From Propionibacterium freudenreichii subsp. freudenreichii (GTDB lineage: Bacteria > Actinomycetota > Actinomycetes > Propionibacteriales > Propionibacteriaceae): a stretch of DNA of 32,000 nt. Below are positions 1-8,653 of this stretch, in pieces; positions within the stretch are counted from its first letter, which is position 1, and each line of letters opens with the position of its first letter. The notes beneath the pieces were generated by a model. That model had not been told where the DNA came from and made no database searches. It saw only the letters and a program-made list of their open reading frames with translations. Both the position numbers and the translations under genes were made by a program. Where the stretch lies: the NCBI RefSeq assembly GCF_000940845.1, contig NZ_CP010341.1:960001-992000 (forward strand), read 5' to 3'.

Positions 1-518
1 CCCACCATCAGGCGTACCGCGCGGTAGCCCTCGTCGGCCGCGGGGGATTCGTAGTCGGCCAGCTCCGGGTGCCGCGTGTCGAATCCGGCGGGCTGGTCGA
101 GGGGTTGGCATTCCAGCCACACGCGGGTGCGGGGCAACACCCACCACAGTCGGTCGGGCTGCACCACCGTGCGAACCACGCCCAGTTCCGACCAGGGCAG
201 GGCCAACGTGGGCAGCCTGCGTGCCTGCAGGGTGATCCCGCCGCGGTTCCAGCGAATGGTGCGGCGGGGGAGGTCGCGGACCTCGAGCAGTGCCAGGACC
301 ACGCAGATGGCAGCAAGCACGAGCCCGACAATGGTCACGGGTCGCACGGGACGCGACAGGCCACCCACGGCGATCAACAGCCACGCCAGGCACAGCCCCA
401 GGAAGGATGGAAGGAAGGCCGAGAGATATTCGCCGGGTGTGGCACCGAGTCTCACAATGCCCCCGTCGGCGGTGACGGGATCAGGTCCGCTGGTGGACCC
501 GGTCGGGTGCGTGCGCAT
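1..518 (-). CDS. hypothetical membrane protein; C-terminal part cut off by the window edge
   Basis: Absent from the ORF track because it is open at the edge. Reverse-strand ATG at 518-516 is preceded by gaaagg. My translation MRTHPTGSTSGPDPVTADGGIVRLGATPGEYLSAFLPSFLGLCLAWLLIAVGGLSRPVRPVTIVGLVLAAICVVLALLEVRDLPRR... has two hydrophobic helices and mostly G/C third positions. It has no stop down to position 1. Confidence 0.5.
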   Translation of the reverse strand, partial: MRTHPTGSTSGPDPVTADGGIVRLGATPGEYLSAFLPSFLGLCLAWLLIAVGGLSRPVRPVTIVGLVLAAICVVLALLEVRDLPRRTIRWNRGGITLQARRLPTLALPWSELGVVRTVVQPDRLWWVLPRTRVWLECQPLDQPAGFDTRHPELADYESPAADEGYRAVRLMV

Positions 519-588
519 GCGGGCAGCCTTTCATGCCCGGGGCCGATGTCGGCCCGGTCCGGGCGATGACCTGTTTGTGGACGCAGGA

Positions 589-623
589 CAACGCCCCGAC
601 CACCCAGTGGGATCGGGGCGTTG
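589..623 (-). terminator. stem-loop downstream of rpsT (putative terminator)
   Basis: Perfect 11-bp inverted repeat caacgccccga/tcggggcgttg with a 13-nt loop, about 30 nt past the rpsT stop. No U-tract follows it on the rpsT strand, so terminator function is only inferred. Confidence 0.4.
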
Positions 624-651
624 GAAAAGAACTACGCCGTGGGGCGAAAAG

Positions 652-912
652 TCAGAGTGACTCGACCTTGACGGAGATGGCCGACTTGCGGTTGGCGGCC
701 TGATTGGTGTGGATGACACCCTTCGAGGCGGCCTTGTCGAGGGCGCGGTTGGCAACCTTGGCCAGGTCAGTGGCCTTGTCCTTGTCGCCCGCCGCAGCAG
801 CCTCACGGAAGTTGCGCACATGAGTACGCAGAGCGGACTTCACGGCCTTGTTGCGCTGGCGCGCCTTCTCGTTGGTCTTGTTCCGCTTCTTCTGTGACTT
901 GATGTTTGCCAC
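652..912 (-). CDS. rpsT: 30S ribosomal protein S20
   Basis: 86-aa [33 protein letters not shown]... is a typical bS20. GTG start at 912 with gaagg 8 nt upstream. Confidence 0.97.
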   Translation of the reverse strand: MANIKSQKKRNKTNEKARQRNKAVKSALRTHVRNFREAAAAGDKDKATDLAKVANRALDKAASKGVIHTNQAANRKSAISVKVESL

Positions 913-1089
913 TGGCCCAACCTTCGTGTTCGTCGTTACTGGGTGGTGTGCCCACAGGACACAGCGATCGAGACTATCACCGGGTCCGTGTCTGCGACAA
1001 AAATCGGGGATCTCGGTGCTCCTGCTGACCGCCGCGCACGCAGGTCATGGCGTCCGCTGACGCCCGTGGTGAAAAACAGACTCACCCAA

Positions 1090-1097
1090 ACGAAAAC
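1090..1097. repeat. left copy of the 8-bp target-site duplication (acgaaaac)
   Basis: acgaaaac directly abuts the left IS terminus. The identical octamer abuts the right terminus at 2537-2544. Confidence 0.75.
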
Positions 1098-2536
1098 GGG
1101 TCTTCTCAGATGAGGGTGTAGGTCGGCCGGGCGCGTCGGTCCGCAGATAGACGTCGAGGTCTCCCGACGATGGAGGTTCCTACGCCATCCATCCGAAAGA
1201 CCTCGACGTGTCCGACGCTACCCCGCCGGCCGGCTTCGGCCGCCCTGACCTGACCGCCTTCGCTCGACTCGACGGCCTCGGTCTGAGCGTGACCGGACAA
1301 CGACTTGAACCGGATCGTGCGGTCCTCGCGTGCCGCGTGGTGGAACCAGATCAGTGGTGCCGACGGTGCGGCAGCGAAGGCGCTGCTCGTGACACCGTGA
1401 TCCGGCGGTTGGCCCACGAGCCGCTGGGCTGGCGACCGACCGTGCTGGAAGTTGTAGTGCGCCGCTACCGCTGTGCCGACTGCGGACACGTGTGGCGCCA
1501 AGACACCAGCGCCGCGGCGGAGCCACGCGCGAAGCTCTCGCGCACCGGGCTGCGGTGGGCGCTGGAAGGGATCGTGGTCGCACACCTCACCGTCGCCCGT
1601 GTCGCCGAGGGACTCGGGGTCGCGTGGGACACCGCCAACAACGCGGTCCTGGCTGAAGGCAAGCGGCTGCTGATCAACGACCCCACGCGGTTTGAGGGCG
1701 TGAAGGTCATTGGCGTCGATGAGCACGTCTGGCGCCACACCAGGCGTGGCGACAAGTACGTCACCGTGATCATCGACCTCACCCCGGTCCGCGATGGCGC
1801 CGGCCCAGCAAGGCTGCTGGACATGGTCGAGGGCCGGTCGAAGGCGGCGTTCAAGACCTGGCTCGCCGACCGCGACGACGCCTTCCGTGACGCGGTCGAG
1901 GTGGTCGCGATGGACGGCTTCACCGGGTTCAAGACCGCCGCTGCAGAGGAGATCCCGGACGCGGTCACGGTGATGGATCCCTTCCACGTCGTGCGCCTGG
2001 CCGGTGACGCCCTCGACAGGTGCCGGCGCCGGGTCCAACTCGCGATCCACGGGCACCGTGGGTTCAGGGACGACCCGCTCTACAAGTCGCGGCGCACGCT
2101 GCACACCGGCGCGGACCTGCTCACCGACAAGCAGAGCGACAGGCTACGCGCGCTGTTCGTTGATGACGCTCACGTCGAGGTCGAGGCGACCTGGGGTGTC
2201 TACCAGCGCATGATCGCCGCCTATCGCCACGAGGACCGGCAACGTGGCCGCGAGCTCATGGAGAAGCTGATCACCGACCTCAGCGCCGGCGTCCCCAAGG
2301 TGCTCACCGAGCTCACCACCCTGGGCCGGACCCTGAAGAAGCGAGCCGCTGACGTGCTCGCCTACTTCGAACGACCCGGCACCAGCAACGGGCCGACCGA
2401 GGCGCTCAACGGACGGCTCGAACACCTGCGCGGCTCCGCACTCGGGTTCCGCAACCTGACCAACTACATCGCCCGAAGCCTGCTCGAGACCGGCGGCTTC
2501 AGACCCCAACTCCTACACCCCCGATTGGGATGAGCC
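1098..2536 (+). mobile_element. ISL3-family insertion sequence, about 1.44 kb, apparently intact
   Basis: Single transposase ORF flanked by imperfect 25-bp terminal inverted repeats. IRL is GGGTCTTCTCAGATGAGGGTGTAGG (1098-1122). The reverse complement of 2512-2536 is GGCTCATCCCAATCGGGGGTGTAGG, matching 18/25 by hand alignment. The GGCTC/GGGTC termini are ISL3-like, and the element is flanked by a perfect 8-bp direct repeat, the size typical for ISL3. Confidence 0.85.
1208..2533 (+). CDS. ISL3-family transposase
   Basis: 441-aa ORF with N-terminal Cys pairs (CRRCGS...CADCGH, zf-ISL3-like). The central and C-terminal regions (VIGVDEHVW..., VAMDGFTGFK..., MDPFHVV..., NGPTEALNGRLE) are typical of DDE ISL3 transposases. 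GTG start; the stop codon lies inside the right IR. Confidence 0.93.
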   Translation: MSDATPPAGFGRPDLTAFARLDGLGLSVTGQRLEPDRAVLACRVVEPDQWCRRCGSEGAARDTVIRRLAHEPLGWRPTVLEVVVRRYRCADCGHVWRQDTSAAAEPRAKLSRTGLRWALEGIVVAHLTVARVAEGLGVAWDTANNAVLAEGKRLLINDPTRFEGVKVIGVDEHVWRHTRRGDKYVTVIIDLTPVRDGAGPARLLDMVEGRSKAAFKTWLADRDDAFRDAVEVVAMDGFTGFKTAAAEEIPDAVTVMDPFHVVRLAGDALDRCRRRVQLAIHGHRGFRDDPLYKSRRTLHTGADLLTDKQSDRLRALFVDDAHVEVEATWGVYQRMIAAYRHEDRQRGRELMEKLITDLSAGVPKVLTELTTLGRTLKKRAADVLAYFERPGTSNGPTEALNGRLEHLRGSALGFRNLTNYIARSLLETGGFRPQLLHPRLG

Positions 2537-2544
2537 ACGAAAAC
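2537..2544. repeat. right copy of the 8-bp target-site duplication (acgaaaac)
   Basis: Identical to 1090-1097 and directly abuts the right IS end. Confidence 0.75.
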
Positions 2545-2613
2545 GGAGTACCATCGAATTAGGTCAATGAGGATTCAACTACTTTCCTCCCATACTTCAA
2601 AGGCTGGTGCACT

Positions 2614-3234
2614 GTGAACCGCTCCGTCTATCGCACGTTGCTGCGAATCGTCGGTATCGTGCTTGCCCTGGTCGGCGTCGCTGCCGTCTTCGGGGGAGTT
2701 TTCGCCCACAACAATGTCACTGATCAACTCAAGAAAGAGGCGATCAGCATGCCCACGGCAGATCAGGTGACGAACCTGCCGCAGGCATCCCAGGACGCCC
2801 TGAAACCCTTCTTCAACAAGGAGATGACCACTGGCACCGAGGCCAGGGCCTTCGCTGACCACTACATCTGGAACCACATGCAGGCCTCCTGCAAGACGGT
2901 CAAGGCCGCCGATGGAACGGCCCTTGATGCCGTGCCGGCCGAGCAGTGCAACTATGCCGGCGTCGGCGACGTGGCCACGGCCAACAAGTCCGACCAGACC
3001 AAGTACACGGCCTACACGACCCTGCGCGGCACCCTGCTCACCGGTGAGACCCTGCGAGGCATGCTCCTCACCTCCTACGCCTTCTGGCTGATCGGCACCA
3101 TCGCCGTCTTCGCCGGCTGGGCCCTGGTGGCGATCGGCATCGTGCTGGCCCTGGTCGGCTTCGTCGGCCTACGTGGTCCCGGCAAGTCCGCCGGGGGTGC
3201 TGCCACGCCTGCCGGGCAGACGGCCACTGCATGA
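2614..3234 (+). CDS. hypothetical membrane protein (N- and C-terminal TM helices, extracytoplasmic middle)
   Basis: 206-aa ORF with a GTG start. Hydrophobic segments are LLRIVGIVLALVGVAAVFGGVF and YAFWLIGTIAVFAGWALVAIGIVLALVGFVGL. Third codon positions are G/C-rich. No family recognised. Confidence 0.65.
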   Translation: MNRSVYRTLLRIVGIVLALVGVAAVFGGVFAHNNVTDQLKKEAISMPTADQVTNLPQASQDALKPFFNKEMTTGTEARAFADHYIWNHMQASCKTVKAADGTALDAVPAEQCNYAGVGDVATANKSDQTKYTAYTTLRGTLLTGETLRGMLLTSYAFWLIGTIAVFAGWALVAIGIVLALVGFVGLRGPGKSAGGAATPAGQTATA

Positions 3235-3255
3235 CCACAACCACACGGGCATGAC

Positions 3256-3279
3256 CACCCACGTGCCATCACATGGGTG
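3256..3279 (+). terminator. short stem-loop after the membrane-protein gene
   Basis: cacccacgtg-ccat-cacatgggtg pairs 9 of 10 positions around a 4-nt loop, 22 nt after the stop at 3234. No T-tract. Confidence 0.25.
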
Positions 3280-3390
3280 CAAGGAGGTCCTGACGGCCTG
3301 ATCACCGTCGGAACCTGACATCACGGGCGAGAAGTGGGCCGTGGTCACGGGCGGGGCAAGGGTGCCCCCTGTGGCCACGGCCCTCCCCAT

Positions 3391-3474
3391 GTCATCGGGG
3401 CGCATCTGTCATCGGGGCGCATCGGGCCATCGGGGCCCTTCGGGCAGCGGCAAATCCGCGTGCGGCAAATTCGC
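3391..3474. repeat. two sets of short tandem direct repeats in the lepA upstream region
   Basis: gtcatcggggcgcatc occurs at 3391 and again at 3408 (17-bp period), with a degenerate third copy gccatcggggcc at 3426. gcggcaaatccgc (3447-3459) and gcggcaaattcgc (3462-3474) follow. Confidence 0.6.
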
Positions 3475-3534
3475 ATGAGACAATGGGCGGCGGCGCGTTC
3501 ACCATGCGCCCTCGATCAAGGAGAACCTTCAGCT

Positions 3535-5364
3535 TTGTCCGCCACTCCCGGAGCCACCGACCCGGCCATCATCCGGAACTTCAGCATCATCGCCCACGTC
3601 GACCACGGAAAGTCGACGCTGGCCGACCGCATGCTCCAACTCACCGGGGTCGTGGATCCCCGCGAGATGCGCGCCCAATACCTGGACAAGATGGATATCG
3701 AGCGCGAGCGCGGCATCACGATCAAGTCCCAGGCCGTGCGCATGCCGTGGCACGCCGGCGACCACGACTATGTGCTCAACATGATCGACACACCCGGCCA
3801 CGTCGATTTCAGCTACGAGGTCTCCCGGTCCCTGGAAGCCTGCGAGGGTGCGGTGCTGCTGGTGGATGCCGCGCAGGGGATCCAGGCCCAGACCCTGGCC
3901 AACCTCTACTTGGCGTTGGACGCCGACCTGACCATCATTCCGGTGCTCAACAAGATAGACCTGCCCAGCGCCCAGCCCGACAAGTTCGCCGCCGAGATCG
4001 CCGGCATCATCGGAGGCAGGGCCAGCGACGTGTTGCGGGTCTCCGCCAAGACCGGCGACGGCGTGGCCGAACTGCTGGACGCGATCGTCGAGCAGGTGCC
4101 CACTCCGCAGGGAGATCCGAAGGCGCCGCTGCGTGCCCTCATCTTCGATTCCGTCTATGACACCTACCGTGGCGTGGTCACCTATGTGCGCGTCGTGGAC
4201 GGGAAGCTGTCCGACCGTGAACGGGTGCAGATGATGTCCACCGGCAGCGTGCACGAAGTGCTCGAGGTCGGCGTCCATTCCCCGGAGCCGGTCGAATCCC
4301 CGGCGTTGGGCGTCGGAGAGGTCGGCTACCTCATCACCGGCGTCAAGGACGTGCGGCAGAGCCGGGTCGGTGACACCGTGACCACGGCCAACCATCCCGC
4401 GACCGGGGCCCTGGCCGGGTACAAGCACCCCAAGCCCATGGTCTTCGCCGGCATCTACCCGATCGACGGCGACGACTTCCCCGAATTGCGCGAGGCACTG
4501 GAGAAGCTGCAACTCAACGACGCCGCGCTCACCTACGAGCCGGAGACCTCGGCCGCGCTGGGCTTCGGTTTCCGCGTCGGCTTCCTGGGCCTGCTCCACA
4601 TGGAAGTGGTGCAGGAACGCCTGGAACGCGAATTCGACCTCGACCTGATCAGCACCGCCCCGAGCGTGAACTACCGCGTGGTGATGGAGGACGGATCGGA
4701 GCACATGGTCACCAATCCCTCGGAGTTTCCCGAGGGCAAGGTCGAGACCGTCTACGAGCCGGTGGTGCGCGCCACGGTACTGTGCCCGGCGACATATATC
4801 GGCGCCGTGATGGAGCTGTGCCAGGCCCGACGTGGCGAACAGATCGGCATGGACTACCTGTCGGAGGACCGCGTCGAGCTGCGCTACAAGCTCCCCCTGG
4901 GCGAGATCGTCTTTGACTTCTTCGACGCCCTGAAGTCCAGCACGCGCGGCTATGCCTCATTGGACTACGAGGAGGACGGCGAGCGGGCCAGCGACATGGT
5001 CAAGGTCGACATCCTGCTCAACGGCGAACCGGTCGATGCCTTCAGCGCGATCGTGCACCGCGACAAGGCGTTCAGCTACGGCGTGGAGATGACCAACCGC
5101 CTGCGCAAGCTCATTCCGCGCCAGCAGTTCGAGGTGCCCGTCCAGGCTGCCATCGGCGCCCGGGTGATTGCCCGCGAGACCATCAGGGCGATCCGCAAGG
5201 ACGTGCTGGCCAAGTGCTACGGCGGGGACATCTCCCGCAAGCGCAAGCTGCTCGAGAAGCAGAAGCAGGGCAAGAAGCGGATGAAGATGGTGGGCCGCGT
5301 GGAGGTACCCCAGGAGGCCTTCGTGGCCGCCCTGACGAACAACGAACTGACCAAGAAGAAGTAG
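3535..5364 (+). CDS. lepA: elongation factor 4 (translational GTPase LepA)
   Basis: [31 protein letters not shown] and NKID GTPase motifs plus the LepA C-terminal region. The listed ORF begins at 3334. I place the start at TTG 3535, after aaggag at 3518-3523; ATG 3475 is an alternative. Confidence 0.93.
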   Translation: MSATPGATDPAIIRNFSIIAHVDHGKSTLADRMLQLTGVVDPREMRAQYLDKMDIERERGITIKSQAVRMPWHAGDHDYVLNMIDTPGHVDFSYEVSRSLEACEGAVLLVDAAQGIQAQTLANLYLALDADLTIIPVLNKIDLPSAQPDKFAAEIAGIIGGRASDVLRVSAKTGDGVAELLDAIVEQVPTPQGDPKAPLRALIFDSVYDTYRGVVTYVRVVDGKLSDRERVQMMSTGSVHEVLEVGVHSPEPVESPALGVGEVGYLITGVKDVRQSRVGDTVTTANHPATGALAGYKHPKPMVFAGIYPIDGDDFPELREALEKLQLNDAALTYEPETSAALGFGFRVGFLGLLHMEVVQERLEREFDLDLISTAPSVNYRVVMEDGSEHMVTNPSEFPEGKVETVYEPVVRATVLCPATYIGAVMELCQARRGEQIGMDYLSEDRVELRYKLPLGEIVFDFFDALKSSTRGYASLDYEEDGERASDMVKVDILLNGEPVDAFSAIVHRDKAFSYGVEMTNRLRKLIPRQQFEVPVQAAIGARVIARETIRAIRKDVLAKCYGGDISRKRKLLEKQKQGKKRMKMVGRVEVPQEAFVAALTNNELTKKK

Positions 5365-5366
5365 CC

Positions 5367-6566
5367 ATGTCCGACGCGGCGGCCCCGGGACCATTCCCCG
5401 GGGGGCACCTGTTTCCTCACGAGGAGCTGCGCGCCCCGACCACACGGCCCTTGTCGGTCTACGTCCACATCCCGTTCTGCGCGGTGCGATGCGGCTATTG
5501 CGACTTCAACACCTACACGCCCAGCCAGCTCGCCGGCATGAACATGGACGACTACCTGGCGGCCGTACACGCCGAGATCGCTGCTGCGGCCCGGGCCCTG
5601 GGTACCGGGCGCGCCGTGTCCACCGTCTTCTTCGGCGGCGGCACACCGACGATGGCCACGCCTGCGCAGCTGGGTGAGGTGCTGGCCGACCTGCGGGACA
5701 CCTTCGGCCTTGTTCCGGGTGCGGAGGTGACCACGGAGGCCAATCCCGAGACGCTCGACCGCGCCCGGCTGGAGACCTTGCTGGGGTCCGGGTTCAACCG
5801 GCTCAGCCTGGGCATGCAGTCGGCCGATGAGCAGGTGCTCGCCCGGCTGGACCGGCACCACACCCCGGGGCGGGCCCTCCAGGTGGCGCGGTGGGCGCAC
5901 GAGGTCGGATTCCCCGATGTCTCTTTGGACCTGATCTACGGCACCCCCGGGGAATCGCTGGACAGCTGGCGGGCCACCCTGGACGCGGCCCTGGGCGTCG
6001 CACCCGAGCACCTGAGCGCCTACAGCCTGATCGTCGAGGAGGGCACGGCCCTTGCGCGACGCATCCGCCATGGCGAGCTCGCCATGCCCGACGAGGACGC
6101 CGAGGCCGACGAGTACCTGCTGGCCGAACGCATGCTCAGCACCGCAGGCCTGGCCAACTATGAGATCAGCAACTGGGCGCTGCCCGGACACGAGGCCCGC
6201 CACAACCTGGCGTACTGGCGTTCCGACGACTGGTGGGGCTTCGGTCCCGGGGCGCACAGCCATGTCCATGGCGTGCGCTGGTGGAATGTCAGGCACCCGC
6301 GGCGCTATGCGGCACTGCTCGGCGAGGGTGCCCGTCCCCGCGAGGACTTCGAGGTGATCGACGCGCCCACCCGCCATGAGGAGCGCGTGCTGCTGGAGCT
6401 GCGGATCGCCGATGGGCTGCCGGTCGGCGAACTCACCGGCACCGAGCGGGCGCGCCTGGCGGAGCCGCTGTCGCGCGGACTGGTCACGGTGGTGGGCGAC
6501 CGGGTCCACCTCACCCTGCAGGGCCGCCTGCTTGCCGATGCGGTCACCCGCGACCTGCTGGACTGA
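5367..6566 (+). CDS. hemW: radical SAM heme chaperone HemW / oxygen-independent coproporphyrinogen-III oxidase-like protein
   Basis: The radical SAM motif CAVRCGYCDF and the HNLAYW motif are both present. ATG 5367 lies 2 nt after the lepA stop. The upstream part of listed ORF 5214 overlaps lepA out of frame. Confidence 0.9.
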   Translation: MSDAAAPGPFPGGHLFPHEELRAPTTRPLSVYVHIPFCAVRCGYCDFNTYTPSQLAGMNMDDYLAAVHAEIAAAARALGTGRAVSTVFFGGGTPTMATPAQLGEVLADLRDTFGLVPGAEVTTEANPETLDRARLETLLGSGFNRLSLGMQSADEQVLARLDRHHTPGRALQVARWAHEVGFPDVSLDLIYGTPGESLDSWRATLDAALGVAPEHLSAYSLIVEEGTALARRIRHGELAMPDEDAEADEYLLAERMLSTAGLANYEISNWALPGHEARHNLAYWRSDDWWGFGPGAHSHVHGVRWWNVRHPRRYAALLGEGARPREDFEVIDAPTRHEERVLLELRIADGLPVGELTGTERARLAEPLSRGLVTVVGDRVHLTLQGRLLADAVTRDLLD

Positions 6567-6595
6567 GCGCGCGGGATTAATCCCGGGTCGCCGTG

Positions 6596-6627
6596 GTCGT
6601 CCCGCCCACCGGTGCGCGCGGGACGAC
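6596..6627 (+). terminator. stem-loop downstream of hemW
   Basis: Perfect 10-bp stem gtcgtcccgc/gcgggacgac with a 12-nt loop, 30 nt after the hemW stop. Confidence 0.4.
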
Positions 6628-6660
6628 AGGGTGCACCGGGGGTCATTAGGCTTGTGCCGC

Positions 6661-7542
6661 GTGAGCGCACACGATCGTTACGGACACGACGTGCTGTCGG
6701 GGGACTGGCGTCATGCCGGCAAGCCCCGCACCACCGACATGCCCCTGAGCCTTGGCCTGATCGTCGAGGTCGGATCAGATGGCTATTGCGGCGAGGTGGT
6801 CGGCTGGGAGAACGGCATGATCGTGCTGGAGGACCGCAACCAACGACGACGCACCTTCCCCGTCGGCGAATACGGCTACCTGGTGGAGGGGCGTCCCGTA
6901 GCGCTGCGCATCCCGCCGCGACGCGGTGCGAGCCAATCGCTGCGCACCCCCTCCGGTTCGCGCACCGACAGCCACGAGCAACCCCATGTGGCGCTGGGTT
7001 CGCGCATCTATGTGGAGGGACGCCACGATGCCGAGCTGGTGGAGAAGATCTGGGGTGACGACCTGCGCCACGTCGGCGTGGTGGTCGAGTACATGGGCGG
7101 CATGGATGACCTGCTGGGGATCGTCGCGGAGTTCGAACCGGCCAGGGGCCGGCGCCTCGGCGTCCTCATCGACCATCTCGTGGCGAACACGAAGGAGTCC
7201 CGGGTTGCCGCCCAGGTGCGCCATGCCGGATACGGCGACTATGTGAAGATCACGGGTCACCGATTCATCGACGTGTGGCAGACGATCAGGCCCGACGTCC
7301 TGGGTATCAAGGCCTGGCCCGACGTGCCGATGGACCGGGACTTCAAGAAGGGCACGCTCGCCGCCCTTGGCATTCCCCGCCACAAGCCGTACGCCAGGAT
7401 CGACCAGGCAGACGTCGGCCGGGCCTGGCAGGCCATGCTCGCCAGGGTTTCCACATATCGTGACCTCGACATGGATTTCGTCCGGGAAGTCGAGAAGCTG
7501 ATCGATTTCGTCACCCAGGACCACATCGACCAGGACAGCTGA
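6661..7542 (+). CDS. conserved actinobacterial protein, DUF3097-like
   Basis: The ORF frame continues from 6376, but that part overlaps hemW. GTG 6661 is the first start past the hemW terminator; ATG 6739 is an alternative. The position after hemW and sequences such as YVEGRHDAELVEKIWGDDLRHVGVVVEYMGG resemble the family I recall as DUF3097. The family assignment is from memory. Confidence 0.65.
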   Translation: MSAHDRYGHDVLSGDWRHAGKPRTTDMPLSLGLIVEVGSDGYCGEVVGWENGMIVLEDRNQRRRTFPVGEYGYLVEGRPVALRIPPRRGASQSLRTPSGSRTDSHEQPHVALGSRIYVEGRHDAELVEKIWGDDLRHVGVVVEYMGGMDDLLGIVAEFEPARGRRLGVLIDHLVANTKESRVAAQVRHAGYGDYVKITGHRFIDVWQTIRPDVLGIKAWPDVPMDRDFKKGTLAALGIPRHKPYARIDQADVGRAWQAMLARVSTYRDLDMDFVREVEKLIDFVTQDHIDQDS

Positions 7543-7610
7543 CAACCGCAGGACGCAACCGATTGCCCACACGACCATGGCAAGAGCGCTCGTGGGGGCG
7601 GTGAACAGGA

Positions 7611-8396
7611 GTGATGACGATGGACACCGATCAGGTGTTGGGCATCATCAAGCAGGTCAGTGCTGACATCGTCGAGCCTCGCTTCCGTGCCCTGCACGAG
7701 GACGAGATCGATTCAAAGGCACCCGGCGACTATGTGACGGTGGCCGACCGGGAGGCCGAGCGCGCACTGTCGCAGCAGTTGCGGGCCGGCGCCCGCGATG
7801 CGGTGGTGGTCGGCGAGGAGGGGTCCTTCGTCGATCCCGGCCAGTTGGACGCCATCGGCGTGGCGCCGCACTGCTTCGTGGTGGACCCGTTGGACGGCAC
7901 CAACAACTTCGTGCGCGGCTCGGAGGACTTCGCCGTGATGGTGGCCGAGCTGCGCGGGGTGGAGACCGTCGGCGCCTGGATCTACCAGCCGCGCGCGGGC
8001 AAGGCCTATGTGGCCACCCGGGGCGGCGGGGTCTACTGCAATGGCGAACGGATCAGCGCGGCACCCATCCACGTTCCGCCCCAGGGGGCCAGCACCTTCC
8101 GGGCCTGGCGCGGCTTTGACGAGGAGGGGCGAATCGCCCCGGTGATCCCCGCCAGCGGCTCGGCCGGGATCGACTACCCGCATGTGGTCACCGCAGCCAT
8201 CGACTTCGTCGTCTACCGCTTCCCCAAGCCGTGGGATCACCTGCCCGGCCAGCTCATGCTGCAGGAGCTCGGCGGCGACGTCGTGCACCTGGACGGACGC
8301 CTCTACCGACCGGGCAGCGGCAGGATGGCGATCCTGTCATGTCGTGACCTGGCGACGGGCCGTCGCGTGGCCAGCGGCTGGCCGCGCCGCGACTGA
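7611..8396 (+). CDS. inositol monophosphatase family protein
   Basis: IMPase signature FVVDPLDGTNNFV plus the downstream WDHLPG motif. The aacaggag SD lies ahead of the clustered GTG/ATG starts at 7611-7620. Confidence 0.85.
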   Translation: MMTMDTDQVLGIIKQVSADIVEPRFRALHEDEIDSKAPGDYVTVADREAERALSQQLRAGARDAVVVGEEGSFVDPGQLDAIGVAPHCFVVDPLDGTNNFVRGSEDFAVMVAELRGVETVGAWIYQPRAGKAYVATRGGGVYCNGERISAAPIHVPPQGASTFRAWRGFDEEGRIAPVIPASGSAGIDYPHVVTAAIDFVVYRFPKPWDHLPGQLMLQELGGDVVHLDGRLYRPGSGRMAILSCRDLATGRRVASGWPRRD

Positions 8397-8520
8397 GCCG
8401 CGCGTCACTGCGTCCGGCCTGCCGCGCGGGGCCTACTTTCCGGGACCCACCGCGTCGGGTCCACCGCGGGCAGGCGGGCCCGTCCGCGTGCGTGGCCGGC
8501 ACTGGCGGCCGAGGAGTAAA

Positions 8521-8547
8521 CTGGCACTCTAGGGCATGGATTGCCAA
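8521..8547 (+). promoter_or_regulatory. degenerate CIRCE-like inverted repeat upstream of hrcA
   Basis: CTGGCACTC-N9-GATTGCCAA compared with the CIRCE consensus TTAGCACTC-N9-GAGTGCTAA. Each half matches 7/9, the 9-nt spacer is correct, and the element sits about 105 nt upstream of the hrcA ATG. Confidence 0.45.
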
Positions 8548-8653
8548 GCGACGTAGACAGCCAGTGGAACATGGCCTTCGGGGCCGGGCGGGCCATGTCG
8601 TTGGGTCGTGCCCCCGCAGACCGGGCCCATCAGAGCACGCGACAGAGGAAACG

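Noticed and set aside
69-660. Plus-strand ORFs of 166 and 194 aa at the left edge, and the 107-aa minus ORF at 8-331
   Set aside because: Their products are Arg/Gly/Pro-rich nonsense. The third minus-strand frame, open at the edge and missing from the track, gives a plausible membrane protein with proper third-position GC bias.
1106-2104. 332-aa ORF antisense inside the IS
   Set aside because: It is the mirror of the ISL3 transposase ORF, has no independent signals, and ISL3 elements encode a single transposase.
3281-3287. Strong Shine-Dalgarno-like aaggagg with no gene behind it
   Set aside because: The only following start-like codon opens a 3-codon ORF (ctg acg gcc tga), so this is treated as chance or part of a leader structure.
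3529-4704. 391-aa ORF on the minus strand, plus the 225-aa plus-strand ORF at 3483-4160
   Set aside because: Both overlap lepA, one out of frame and one antisense. The lepA GTPase motifs fix the true frame.
5217-6509. 430-aa ORF on the minus strand
   Set aside because: It is antisense to hemW, which has the radical-SAM CxxxCxxC and HNLAYW motifs on the plus strand.
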